DNA from: Patescibacteria group bacterium
GTDB taxonomy: Bacteria; Patescibacteriota; Minisyncoccia; Moranbacterales; JAKLHP01
Direction: 5' to 3'
DNA length: 64,000 nucleotides
NCBI GenBank assembly: GCA_043803385.1
Contig: JAZDKA010000041.1
Span: 19,799 to 83,798 of the forward strand
Shown here: positions 18,783-27,669 of the stretch, in pieces
Numbering within the stretch: the stretch's first letter is position 1
How the letters are laid out: each line of letters opens with the position of its first letter
Translations under genes and position numbers: made by a program
Notes under the pieces: model-generated
Databases searched by the model: none
What the model was told of the DNA's origin: nothing
The model's input: only the letters and a program-made list of their open reading frames with translations

Positions 18783-18802
18783 ATTCCCGTTTTCACGGGA
18801 AT
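18783..18802. repeat. dRS3-like REP motif ATTCCC-N8-GGGAAT
   Basis: CTGG-ATTCCC-GTTTTCAC-GGGAAT-GAC upstream of gltX. Confidence 0.6.
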
Positions 18803-18816
18803 GACATATTTATTTT

Positions 18817-20265
18817 ATGGAAAAAGTACGCGTCAGATTTGCGCCGTCGCCGACAGGGGAGCTTCATATTGGAGGGTTGAAAACAGCTCTTACTGATTTT
18901 TTGCTGGCCAAGAAAAATAACGGAACTTTTATTTTGCGCATTGAAGACACTGACAGGAAAAGATATGTCGAAGGCGCGGCAGAAAGAATAATAAAATCCT
19001 TAGAGTGGGCGGGAATCACAATCGACGAGGGTCCCTATATTCAATCAGAAAGGCTGGATATTTATAAAAAATATGTCGATCAGCTTATGGCGAAAGGAGA
19101 AGCTTATCTTTGTTTTTGCACGCCAGAGAGGCTAGAGGAAATGAGGAATCGGCAAATGGCTGAAAAAAAAGCGCCAATGTACGACCGATGCTGCCTTAAT
19201 CTTTCCAAAGAAGAAGCAGAAGAAAAAATTAAAAATGGAATTCCATATGCCGTGAGATTAAAAATTCCCGAAGGGAAAACTGAATTCGAGGATTTAGTTT
19301 TCGGGAAAATAACAGTTGAAAATTATGTTTTGGACGACCAGGTGATACTCAAATCTGACGGATTTCCCACTTATCATCTAGCGGTCGTGGTAGATGACGC
19401 GCTGATGGAAATAACGCATGTAGTCAGGGGCGCTGAATGGCTTCCCAGCACGCCAAAACATATTTTATTGTATAAAGCACTTGGATGGGATGACAAAATT
19501 CCGAAATTCTGCCATATGCCAAATATTCTCAATAAAAATCACAAGAAACTTTCCAAGCGGGAAGGGGATGTGAGCGTAGAAGATTTTAGGAAGCAAGGAT
19601 ATTCTCCGGAAGCGATTATTAATTTCATCGCGCTTCTAGGATGGAATCCAAAGACAGAACAAGAAATTTTTACCAAGGAAGAACTCATTGAGCAATTCGA
19701 TATTTCCAAAATGAACAAAGCCGGAGGAGTTTTCGATATGGATCGGCTCAATTGGATCAGCGCCCAGCATATCAAAAAAATGAGCGATAAGGAACTATAC
19801 AAAAAAACCATTGAATTTTTGAAAGAAAAAGAATTTTTCGAAAATGCGAAACCGGAAAGAAAAACGGAAGAATACGTAAAAAAAGTTTTATCCGTTGAAA
19901 AAGAGAGGCTTAGCAAATTTACCGAAGTAGGGGAGAGCAATTGGTTCTTTTTCAAAGATGATTTTGAAATCAAGAAAGATGATTTGAGATGGAAAAAAAT
20001 GTCCGATGAAGAACTTAAAAATTCCCTTGAAGCTTCCCTGTCGGTATTAAATGGAATAGGGGAGAGTGGATGGAAAAAAGAAAATATTGAAAAAGAATTA
20101 CTTGAAGCGGCGAGGGACAAAAGAGGGGATTTACTTTTCCCGCTCCGTTGGGTTTTGACCGGACAAAAATTTTCCCCGACACCATTTGAAGTAGCCTGGG
20201 TCTTAGGGAAGGAAGAGAGCGTAAGGAGAATAAATAATGCCCTAAAATTATTTAATGAAGAATAA
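18817..20265 (+). CDS. gltX: Glutamate--tRNA ligase
   Basis: RFAPSPTG.LHIG, LRIEDTD, KLSKR. Confidence 0.98.
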   Translation: MEKVRVRFAPSPTGELHIGGLKTALTDFLLAKKNNGTFILRIEDTDRKRYVEGAAERIIKSLEWAGITIDEGPYIQSERLDIYKKYVDQLMAKGEAYLCFCTPERLEEMRNRQMAEKKAPMYDRCCLNLSKEEAEEKIKNGIPYAVRLKIPEGKTEFEDLVFGKITVENYVLDDQVILKSDGFPTYHLAVVVDDALMEITHVVRGAEWLPSTPKHILLYKALGWDDKIPKFCHMPNILNKNHKKLSKREGDVSVEDFRKQGYSPEAIINFIALLGWNPKTEQEIFTKEELIEQFDISKMNKAGGVFDMDRLNWISAQHIKKMSDKELYKKTIEFLKEKEFFENAKPERKTEEYVKKVLSVEKERLSKFTEVGESNWFFFKDDFEIKKDDLRWKKMSDEELKNSLEASLSVLNGIGESGWKKENIEKELLEAARDKRGDLLFPLRWVLTGQKFSPTPFEVAWVLGKEESVRRINNALKLFNEE

Positions 20266-21616
20266 AATAAAGACAAAAACAGCTGGAAATTTACCCCCAC
20301 TGGTTTATGTTTATAAAATAAAATATTTTTTTTCCAGAGTTTTTTCCTGCTGGAAATTTTGGTGTGGGGGTAAAAAAATAATCTTTCTCGGATTATCAAT
20401 TTTTATTTTGCTTGGATTTAGTTTTTTTCAAAAGACAAGTGCTGATGATACCGCCCAAAAAATAAAAGACCTTGAAGAAAAAGCCAAGATATACCAGCAA
20501 ATAATAGATATTAAACAGAAACAGCAGGATACTCTGGAAAATCAAACAGCCCTTCTGGAAGCTGAAGCCAGCAAGATCGAAAATGAAATAGAGCTCAAGA
20601 AAAGCGAGATTGACGAGCTGAATAGTAAGATTAATAGCCTGGAACAGCAAATAGAAGATACTGAAGTTTCTATCACGCTCCAAAAAAAGATTTTAGCTGA
20701 TCTTCTGCAGGCTTATTATGAAAACAAAGACCAGAATGTTGTGACTGCTTTTCTTAGCGACAAAAATCTTTCCGCGTTTATGTCCAAAGACGACCGATTT
20801 GTGCAGGTAGAAGACAAAACAAACGAGATCCTTAAAAATATAAAATCACTTAAGGAAGGATTGGAAAGTGAGAAAAAATCAGTCGAAGACAAGAAAAAGG
20901 AAATAACTGATTTGTTTTACCAGCTTCAGGAAAAAAGTTCTGAGCTTCAAGATAAAAAAGACCAAAAAGAAGCTTTGATAACGCAGACACAAGGAGAACA
21001 AAAAAAATATGAGGGACTTCTCGAAAGAGTAGAAGAGCAAAAACAGGAACTTTTGAATATTGATGAATTAGGAGGAAATTTGTCTGCTGATTCTTATCCT
21101 AAGCCTCCTTCATCAGCTTATGCTTCTGCTAGCTGGTATTATTCCCAGAGAGATTCACGTTGGGGAAATCAAACTATCGGAAACACAAAAACTTTAATGA
21201 AGAGTTATGGTTGCGCCGTTACGGCTGTTGCGATGGCTTTCACTTATCATGGCGATTCAATTACTCCCGGGTCAATGGCCAGGAAGAAAATATTCAGCTC
21301 GGATCTTATTGTTTGGCCAGCATCCTCATTTGGTAAAAAAGTTTCTTTGAGCGGAGGATATTCTCATGGAAACATAAATTGGAAAACTGTCGACAATGAG
21401 CTTAAAAATAAAAATCCTGTCATCGTTTACATTAAAAAAACTAAAGGAAGCGGAGGGCACTATGTCGTGATTCACACAAAAATGTCCAATGGAAAATATG
21501 TGGTCCATGATCCGTATTGGGGAGCAAATATTTATTTGGACACAACGCGTGCCCTAATGGGACAAATGGCTCCGCAAAGCGGCACTCAAATCGACCAGAT
21601 GATTATTTATAAGTAG
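20255..21616 (+). CDS. Exported coiled-coil (PcsB/CwlO-like) protein with C-terminal C39-like cysteine peptidase domain
   Basis: TM/signal, long coiled coil, YSQRD..W, GCAVT, GHYVV, HDP. Confidence 0.8.
   Translation: MKNKIKTKTAGNLPPLVYVYKIKYFFSRVFSCWKFWCGGKKIIFLGLSIFILLGFSFFQKTSADDTAQKIKDLEEKAKIYQQIIDIKQKQQDTLENQTALLEAEASKIENEIELKKSEIDELNSKINSLEQQIEDTEVSITLQKKILADLLQAYYENKDQNVVTAFLSDKNLSAFMSKDDRFVQVEDKTNEILKNIKSLKEGLESEKKSVEDKKKEITDLFYQLQEKSSELQDKKDQKEALITQTQGEQKKYEGLLERVEEQKQELLNIDELGGNLSADSYPKPPSSAYASASWYYSQRDSRWGNQTIGNTKTLMKSYGCAVTAVAMAFTYHGDSITPGSMARKKIFSSDLIVWPASSFGKKVSLSGGYSHGNINWKTVDNELKNKNPVIVYIKKTKGSGGHYVVIHTKMSNGKYVVHDPYWGANIYLDTTRALMGQMAPQSGTQIDQMIIYK
20290..20374. mobile_element. 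Palindromic element A5, in frame at the N-terminus of the peptidase gene
   Basis: TTTACCCCCAC...GTGGGGGTAAA; peptide LPP...WCGGK. Confidence 0.75.
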
Positions 21617-21631
21617 AAATAAAATTCTCCT

Positions 21632-22285
21632 ATGCCCAAGATAAAATGGAATCTTGAAAAAGTAAGAGAAGGATTTAAAAAGTTTCATGAAGAGTATGGC
21701 AGATATCCAACATCAAATGAGATTGATGATTTTAAACATCTTCCGTCAGCAAGACAAATACAAAGAAGTCTCGGTGGATTAGTCTCTTTGCGTAAAGAAA
21801 TCGGATTGTCTGTAGAAAATTATAGTAGTGGAGAGGAAAGATCCAAAATTTCTACAGATTTAGGAAAAAGAGGAAAGAATTGTGAATATTTGGTTTATGA
21901 TTTTCTAAAGGGAATATTTAAAGAATCATTTGTGCATGTTGAAAGGCCTATTAGCATATGTTCTGATATGAATTCTGAAGATTGGGGTCGCAATAGATTT
22001 GATTTTTATGTTTATGCAAAACCGAACAATTTTGCTGTTGATGTTTTTGGTACGCGTGATTTCAGATGTTTTCTCAAGGTAATGAATATCAAAGAGGGTA
22101 AATATAAAATGACGAAAAAGATGAAAAGAGGGGAGTGGCTGTACTTTGTATATTTCAGCGATTTTAATTTAAAGGACAGAATAAATTTATGGCTGTCAAG
22201 AAAGAGGGAATTAATGCCAGCGAATTGGAAGATATTAAATTTTGATGAGTTTAAAGAGGAGATAAGAAGCTACAAAAGTTTTTGA
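21632..22285 (+). CDS. Hypothetical protein: homing-endonuclease-associated-repeat-like N-terminus plus possible PD-(D/E)XK-type nuclease domain
   Basis: F.KF.EEYGRYPT...LPS.RQIQR..GG; HVERP...RFDFYV...FAVDVF. Confidence 0.55.
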   Translation: MPKIKWNLEKVREGFKKFHEEYGRYPTSNEIDDFKHLPSARQIQRSLGGLVSLRKEIGLSVENYSSGEERSKISTDLGKRGKNCEYLVYDFLKGIFKESFVHVERPISICSDMNSEDWGRNRFDFYVYAKPNNFAVDVFGTRDFRCFLKVMNIKEGKYKMTKKMKRGEWLYFVYFSDFNLKDRINLWLSRKRELMPANWKILNFDEFKEEIRSYKSF

Positions 22286-22363
22286 TAGATTTTGCTAAAG
22301 CAAGCTTCACTAGTAGTTAATTAAACTTGTAGGGTCGCAAAATCTATAATGTGCGACGTTCTC

Positions 22364-22404
22364 GATATAAAGACAAAAGCCCTAAATAAGGGCTTTTGTC
22401 TTTA
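22364..22404. terminator. Bidirectional intrinsic terminator between convergent genes
   Basis: TAAAGACAAAAGCCCT / AGGGCTTTTGTCTTTA. Confidence 0.75.
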
Positions 22405-22414
22405 TCCTCTCTCT

Positions 22415-22828
22415 TTACAGCTCTAACCTAAATACGCCTGTATCATAAAGCTCAAATCCCAAAGATTCATATAAACTTCTCGCCTCTACTCTCTTCGGAT
22501 TGCTGGTCAGATTTATTTTTTTGATTTTTTTCTTTTTAGCAATTTTAATCAATTCTTCCATCATTTTTCTTCCATAACCTTTGCCTCTCTGGTTTTGGTC
22601 AATGATGACATCTTCTATCCTTGCAACAAATCCTTCACAAGGAATTTGATGGATTATTAATGACCCGAAACCTATAATTTTCCCATTCTCTTCCAAAACA
22701 AGGCAGTCAGCGCCCTCATCTTTGATTAAAGACTTCATATCAACCTTAACTTTTTTCCCCGTAAGCTGGATTAAAAGTTTTTCAATTTCTTTTTTATCTG
22801 TTAATTTTATTTTTCTAAATTTAAGCAT
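22415..22828 (-). CDS. GNAT acetyltransferase (glucosamine-6-P N-acetyltransferase-like)
   Basis: IEDVII...RGKGYG, LTSNP.R, LYESLGF; ATG at 22828. Confidence 0.88.
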   Translation of the reverse strand: MLKFRKIKLTDKKEIEKLLIQLTGKKVKVDMKSLIKDEGADCLVLEENGKIIGFGSLIIHQIPCEGFVARIEDVIIDQNQRGKGYGRKMMEELIKIAKKKKIKKINLTSNPKRVEARSLYESLGFELYDTGVFRLEL

Positions 22829-22862
22829 AATTTTAAAACCCAGTGTAATTATATGATAGTAA

Positions 22863-23255
22863 TCATTTTTCTGCGTCAGTCCGCGTCTTGTAATCTTCAA
22901 TCGCTTTTTGGAGCGCTTCGGCAGCAAGGTTTGAACAATGCATTTTGGTTGGCGGGAGGCCTTCAAGCTCGTCGGCGACATTCTGGCGGGTGATTTTTCC
23001 TGCCTCTTCCAATGTTTTTCCCTTAGCTAAATCAGTTATCATTGACGAAGTTGCGATAGCCGCTCCACAGCCTAGAGTTTCAAATTTAACGTCTTTGATG
23101 TATTCCTCGCCTTCTTTATTTTTAGAAACTTTAATGTAAAGTTTCATAATATCTCCACAAACGGGATTGCCGACGGTACCAACACCGCTGGCATTCTTAA
23201 TTATACCCTGGTTATGGGGCTTGGTAAAATACTGGATTACTTTTTTTGAATACAT
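22863..23255 (-). CDS. iscU: Fe-S scaffold protein IscU/NifU
   Basis: GNPVCGD, GCGAAIATSS, LPPTKMHCS. Confidence 0.95.
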   Translation of the reverse strand: MYSKKVIQYFTKPHNQGIIKNASGVGTVGNPVCGDIMKLYIKVSKNKEGEEYIKDVKFETLGCGAAIATSSMITDLAKGKTLEEAGKITRQNVADELEGLPPTKMHCSNLAAEALQKAIEDYKTRTDAEK

Positions 23256-23351
23256 AGTAAACTCGCGAATAGAAAGCTAATATTGGCAAATGAGTGCTAA
23301 TTTTATTTAGCATTCGTGTCCATTAGCTTTTATTCGCTAATAATTAGCGAG

Positions 23352-24572
23352 TTATTTAAATTCTTTTAGTACATTTCCCGATATACTCCTTAATCTATCC
23401 GCTATTTCTTTTAACTTATCAATGGTATAATCTATTTCCTCTTTCGTTGTATCTTTGCCTAGTGTTAATCTTAAGCTTCCGTGGGCTTGTTCCGGCTTGA
23501 GCCCAAGCGCTAGAAGCACATGGGACGGTTTCAGGTCTCCCGAGGAGCAAGCCGAGCCGGTAGAAGCGGCGATTCCTTCCTGATCAAGGGCGATAACTAA
23601 ACTCTCCCCTTCTACATTATCAAATCTAAAGTTGATATTGTTCGGCGATCTTTTTTCTTTTGAACCGTTTAAATATGAATCCGGAATTTCCTTCAAAACC
23701 CTATCGATAAAATAATTTCTTAATTCCAAAATGCTTTTGACTTTTGACTTTTGACTTTTGACTTGTCGGATAGCTTCAGCTAATCCGACTATTCCCGTCA
23801 CATTATGCGTTCCAGCGCGTTTTCCGAATTCCTGGTCTCCCCCATCCTGGATTCTGGAAATCGGCGTTCCTTTTTTAATATACAATGCGCCGATTCCTTT
23901 CGGCCCATAAATTTTGTGTCCGGAAAGTGAGAGCATATCAACACCTAACTTGTCCACATTGCAGTCGAAATAATTCACTGCTTGAGTCGCATCCGAATGA
24001 AAGATAATTTTGTTATGGGTTATGGGTTGTGAGTTATGAGTTGAAGTCAGCTTGCTAATTTCTTGAATCGGCTGGACGGTTCCAATTTCATTATTGACAT
24101 ACATTACGGAAACTAGGATCGTATTCGGCTTGATAGCTTTTTTTACATCTTCAACCCCAACTATGCCGTCTTTATTTACCGGAAGATAAGTTATTTCCGC
24201 TCTTCCGGATTTTTCTATAAATTTGGCCGTGTCTGAAATACAATGGTGCTCAATGGAAGAAGTTATTATGTGGGGAATAATATTTTTGTTGCAAAATCCG
24301 TTGTCGTAGTATTTCTTTACTACTCCTTTAATCGCCAGATTATTGCTCTCGGTGGCTCCGGAAGTGAAAATTATTTCAGTTGTTTCACAATTTAAAAAAT
24401 CAGCCACTTGTTTTCTAGCTTTATCAACTGCTTCCATTGCTTCTTGTCCAAAACTATGAATGGACATCGGATTGCCAAATTTTTCGGAAAAATATGGAAG
24501 CATCGCCTTCAAAACCTCCGGATCAATGGGAGTAGTAGCGGCATTATCTAAATATACTTTTTTCATTTTCAT
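23352..24572 (-). CDS. iscS: Cysteine desulfurase IscS/NifS
   Basis: YLDNAATT, FTSGATESNN, SGHKIYGPKG, STGSACSS. Confidence 0.96.
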   Translation of the reverse strand: MKMKKVYLDNAATTPIDPEVLKAMLPYFSEKFGNPMSIHSFGQEAMEAVDKARKQVADFLNCETTEIIFTSGATESNNLAIKGVVKKYYDNGFCNKNIIPHIITSSIEHHCISDTAKFIEKSGRAEITYLPVNKDGIVGVEDVKKAIKPNTILVSVMYVNNEIGTVQPIQEISKLTSTHNSQPITHNKIIFHSDATQAVNYFDCNVDKLGVDMLSLSGHKIYGPKGIGALYIKKGTPISRIQDGGDQEFGKRAGTHNVTGIVGLAEAIRQVKSQKSKVKSILELRNYFIDRVLKEIPDSYLNGSKEKRSPNNINFRFDNVEGESLVIALDQEGIAASTGSACSSGDLKPSHVLLALGLKPEQAHGSLRLTLGKDTTKEEIDYTIDKLKEIADRLRSISGNVLKEFK

Positions 24573-24629
24573 ATTTTTAAAATTTTTAAAAACTTAAATT
24601 TTATGCCATAGCAATGAATTTAAGTTTTG

Positions 24630-25019
24630 TTATCTTGTTAAATCTTTTAATTTTATTGAATACAAAGTTTTCTTTATCTGTTCCTGAAGTTTTGTCCAGA
24701 CGATACTGGAGGCGCAAGAACATTTGGCGTCGCATTTTCCGCTGGCGCATTCCATCGGCACGATTGGTCCTTCAAGAATTTCGATAATTTCTCCAACTTT
24801 AATATTTTTCGGATTCTGGGAAAGCGTATATCCGCCCTCTCTCCCCTTCTGGCTGGATACCAGTTTATTTTTTTTCAAAGCTCTGAATAATTGTTCCAAA
24901 TACTTCAAGGATATCCCCTCTTCTTTGGAGATTTCCTGGAGACTTTTTTGATTGGGATAATTTTTCGCCAGATTAACTGTAGCGCGAAGCCCGTATCCAG
25001 CGCGGGTAGAAAAACGCAT
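24630..25019 (-). CDS. Rrf2-family (IscR-like) transcriptional regulator
   Basis: YLEQL..L...G..GGY.L; Cys cluster CASGKCDAKCSC; first gene of the iscSU operon. Confidence 0.92.
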   Translation of the reverse strand: MRFSTRAGYGLRATVNLAKNYPNQKSLQEISKEEGISLKYLEQLFRALKKNKLVSSQKGREGGYTLSQNPKNIKVGEIIEILEGPIVPMECASGKCDAKCSCASSIVWTKLQEQIKKTLYSIKLKDLTR

Positions 25020-25022
25020 AAA

Positions 25023-25079
25023 TTAAGTCCTACCAATTTACTATGCTTTAATGATACAAAATATTTCAAAGGGTGTCAA
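25023..25079 (-). promoter_or_regulatory. Promoter of the Rrf2-iscS-iscU operon with a possible Rrf2 operator
   Basis: TTGACA(25079-25074)-N17-TATCAT; imperfect dyad AAAGCATAGTAAATTGGTAGGACTT just downstream. Confidence 0.55.
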
Positions 25080-25145
25080 ATTTAAACAAAAAAATAAGAG
25101 GGTTAACTCTTTTCGCTCACGCGTTTTTAGAGTCAACCCTCATTT

Positions 25146-25487
25146 TCATATCCCGAGTGTTTTTTTTACTGCATCCGACAATTCATATTCCGAGCAACTA
25201 TGGGCGTTGTCTCTTACTTTTCTAAATGAGAATCCCCAGCTAGGAATATTGGTTATGCCAAAAATTGGTGTTTCTTCCTCGATTGACCTTATAAATTTCT
25301 CAATCTCAGAAAAATCGTGGGTAAGAAGTATCGCCACGGCATCGACTACTTCATTCTTAAGGATCTTTATTGCTTCCTCAATCGAATTAGACTGAAGCAG
25401 ATTTACCTCTCCAATGAATTCCAGAGCCAGTCTTCTGAGAAAACAGAGGTCCGGATGAATCAAAAGCAAGTTCTTTTCATTAGCCAT
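25146..25487 (-). CDS. Hypothetical receiver-fold-like protein (accessory islet)
   Basis: SD AAGGAGG; TTGACT-N17-TAATAT; alpha/beta pattern (SIEEAIKILKNE.VD). Confidence 0.6.
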   Translation of the reverse strand: MANEKNLLLIHPDLCFLRRLALEFIGEVNLLQSNSIEEAIKILKNEVVDAVAILLTHDFSEIEKFIRSIEEETPIFGITNIPSWGFSFRKVRDNAHSCSEYELSDAVKKTLGI

Positions 25488-25569
25488 TGCTGTCCCTCCT
25501 TATTTATTTTTCATTTCATACTGCGTTGGTAGATATTATCTGATAAATCGGAAATAGTCAAGCGGCGGC

Positions 25570-25598
25570 TTGATACTTCATACTTTCTACTTTATACT
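25570..25598 (+). promoter_or_regulatory. sigma70 promoter directly upstream of element B1
   Basis: TTGATA-N17-TATACT. Confidence 0.65.
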
Positions 25599-25612
25599 TA
25601 AAAGTAGATACT

Positions 25613-25784
25613 ATCCCAGCACCAATTCCGAGATAGTCTTTAATAAATTTGATAGTTTATTCTTGGAATCGCCTCGCCTGAGGCAGGCTTGGCTTTAGCT
25701 GGTTATGGTATGAAATTCACATTGCGAATTAGTGCGGGATGCTCAATTTTATAGCTACTCGCTCTGCTCGCAGACAAAATTGGC
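25613..25784 (+). ncRNA. Structured leader element B1 (candidate cis-acting RNA or MITE)
   Basis: ATCCCAGCACCAATTC...GAATTAGTGCGGGAT plus 3' hairpin ending 2 nt before the ATG. Confidence 0.7.
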
Positions 25785-26900
25785 ATGCGAATCTCTTATT
25801 CCGCTCTGGAAACTTACAAAACCTGTCCTCTGAAGTACAAATTTCAGGAAATTGACAGGATAAAGACTCCCAAATCCAAGGAGGCAGTTTTTGGTACGAT
25901 TTTGCATTCCACGCTTAATTTTATCCATACTCCGAGCATGCTTTCCCCCACTTTGGAGCAGGCGCTGGATTATTTTTCCCGCAATTGGAATAGTGATGTT
26001 TTTGAGAATGAATTAGAAGAAAGATCAGCATTTTCCCAAGGAGTTTCAATGATTCAGGATTATTACAAAAAAAATGATCCGACAAAAACAAATGTAGTTG
26101 ATTTAGAAAGCAGATTTACAATAGAACTAGGCGACCATATCGTTTCCGGAATTATTGACCGGATCGATAAGACCGAAGATGGCTATGAAATCGTTGACTA
26201 TAAGACGACCAAAAAAATGCCTTCTCAAAATAAGGTTGATAATGATTTGCAATTATCCATTTATCTCCAGGCGTTTCTTAAAAGATATCCTAAGGAAATC
26301 GAAAACATTGATAAAATAAAAGTAAGTTTGTATTATCTCAAGCATGGAGTGAAGCTTACTTCCACTAGAACAGTTGATCAGCTCAAAAAAATCGATGATT
26401 TATTTTTGGATGTTATCAAGCAGATCGAAGAAGGAAAATTTGACGCGCAAATTAATCCCCTTTGCGACTGGTGCGGATACCAGAATGCCTGTCCGATGTG
26501 GAAACACAAGTTCAAGGAAAAGAGAAAAATTGACACGGAAGAGGTGAATAAAATTATTGCCGAGTACATTGCCAGTAAATCCCAAATCACAACTCTCAAA
26601 TCACAACTCTTGAATCTGGAAGATAAAATCTCGGAATATATGGATCAAGAAAGCGTGGAAAGAGTTTTTGGAGAAAACGGAATTATTGCCAGGACATTGC
26701 GAAAAACTTATAAATACGATGAAAAAAAGATTAGGGAAATACTCGAACCACTCGACAAATGGGAAGATGTTTTGAAAGTCGACGGAATCGCGCTCAAAAA
26801 TATATTAGCCGTCTTGCCTTTTAACGCCAAAAAAGAAATTGAAAAAGCGAAAGTGGTGGATAAGGAAAGCAAGAGCTTTAGCGTGAAAAAATCAAGTTAA
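25785..26900 (+). CDS. PD-(D/E)XK (RecB-like) nuclease family protein with four conserved cysteines
   Basis: SYS.L..Y..CP.KY, FGTILH, GIIDRID...IVDYKT, QL.IY, CDWC.Y...CP. Confidence 0.9.
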   Translation: MRISYSALETYKTCPLKYKFQEIDRIKTPKSKEAVFGTILHSTLNFIHTPSMLSPTLEQALDYFSRNWNSDVFENELEERSAFSQGVSMIQDYYKKNDPTKTNVVDLESRFTIELGDHIVSGIIDRIDKTEDGYEIVDYKTTKKMPSQNKVDNDLQLSIYLQAFLKRYPKEIENIDKIKVSLYYLKHGVKLTSTRTVDQLKKIDDLFLDVIKQIEEGKFDAQINPLCDWCGYQNACPMWKHKFKEKRKIDTEEVNKIIAEYIASKSQITTLKSQLLNLEDKISEYMDQESVERVFGENGIIARTLRKTYKYDEKKIREILEPLDKWEDVLKVDGIALKNILAVLPFNAKKEIEKAKVVDKESKSFSVKKSS

Positions 26901-26902
26901 TG

Positions 26903-27015
26903 ATAAATTACCAATTTCCAATGTCAAATCAATATCAAAAACCAAAATCCAAATTTTTTGACATTTAGTCATTTAGGCTTGATTGGAAATTTGACATTTG
27001 ATATTTGGATTTTCA
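26903..27015. repeat. Inverted 7-nt periodic array (CAAATNN / NNATTTG)
   Basis: Right arm nearly identical to the reverse complement of 29721-29761. Confidence 0.75.
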
Positions 27016-27042
27016 GGCTATTTTTTAAATAAGATATTTCTA

Positions 27043-27528
27043 ATGAAAAACAAATTTAAGAATTTAATTAAACAGTTTTTTCTCATTAACGATACTCCTC
27101 AAAAGATTTCCGGTGGCGCGGCTCTCGGAATTTTTTTGGGTATTTTTCCCGGAGAAGGAGTATTCTCTACTTTATTTTTTGCGGCTGTTTTCAGATTAAA
27201 CAAATTAGCAGCTACTGCCGGAGTGCTGGCGACCAATATGTGGATGACAGCGGTAGCGCTTCCCGCAGCTGCTTTTGTCGGCGGATTTTTATTCAATGAA
27301 AAATATTCTGACCTGATCCGTCAATTTCAGAATTACCGGCATACGGATACGATAAAAGAGGTCTTTCTTTTCAGCCTCTCTATTTTTTCCCAAACTTTTC
27401 TTCCGCTTCTGGTCGGTTTTTTTGTCGTCGCCGGAGCAATTTCACTAGGCTTTTATTTTCTTTTACTTTTTATTTTAAAGCGAAAGCATATCGAACATCT
27501 GAAAGACGCGATACGGATTAGAAAATAA
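27043..27528 (+). CDS. DUF2062-family membrane protein
   Basis: DTPQKIS.G.ALGIF.GI.P; FRLNK. Confidence 0.8.
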   Translation: MKNKFKNLIKQFFLINDTPQKISGGAALGIFLGIFPGEGVFSTLFFAAVFRLNKLAATAGVLATNMWMTAVALPAAAFVGGFLFNEKYSDLIRQFQNYRHTDTIKEVFLFSLSIFSQTFLPLLVGFFVVAGAISLGFYFLLLFILKRKHIEHLKDAIRIRK

Positions 27529-27669
27529 GCATTACCATAATGCTTGAAATTCCGTCACTCGTCTTAAATAAAAGCAAGCTTTTATTTATAAACTCGCTAG
27601 GAATTATAAAAAATCCGGATAGCTCTCTCAAGAACTATCCGGTTTATTTCTCGTTGTCCCCCCTTCCCG

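Noticed and set aside
19539-20399. 286-aa minus-strand ORF and other long antisense ORFs (e.g. 51944-52582, 6348-6812)
   Set aside because: Shadows of well-supported genes on the opposite strand; S/F/L-rich with no motifs.
23292-23315. CIRCE between iscS and iscU
   Set aside because: GAGTGCTAA precedes TTAGCATTC (wrong order and spacing); part of a periodic inverted array.
25785-26900. Cas4 / CRISPR system
   Set aside because: RecB-like nuclease with four cysteines, but no other cas genes and no regularly spaced repeat-spacer array in the window.
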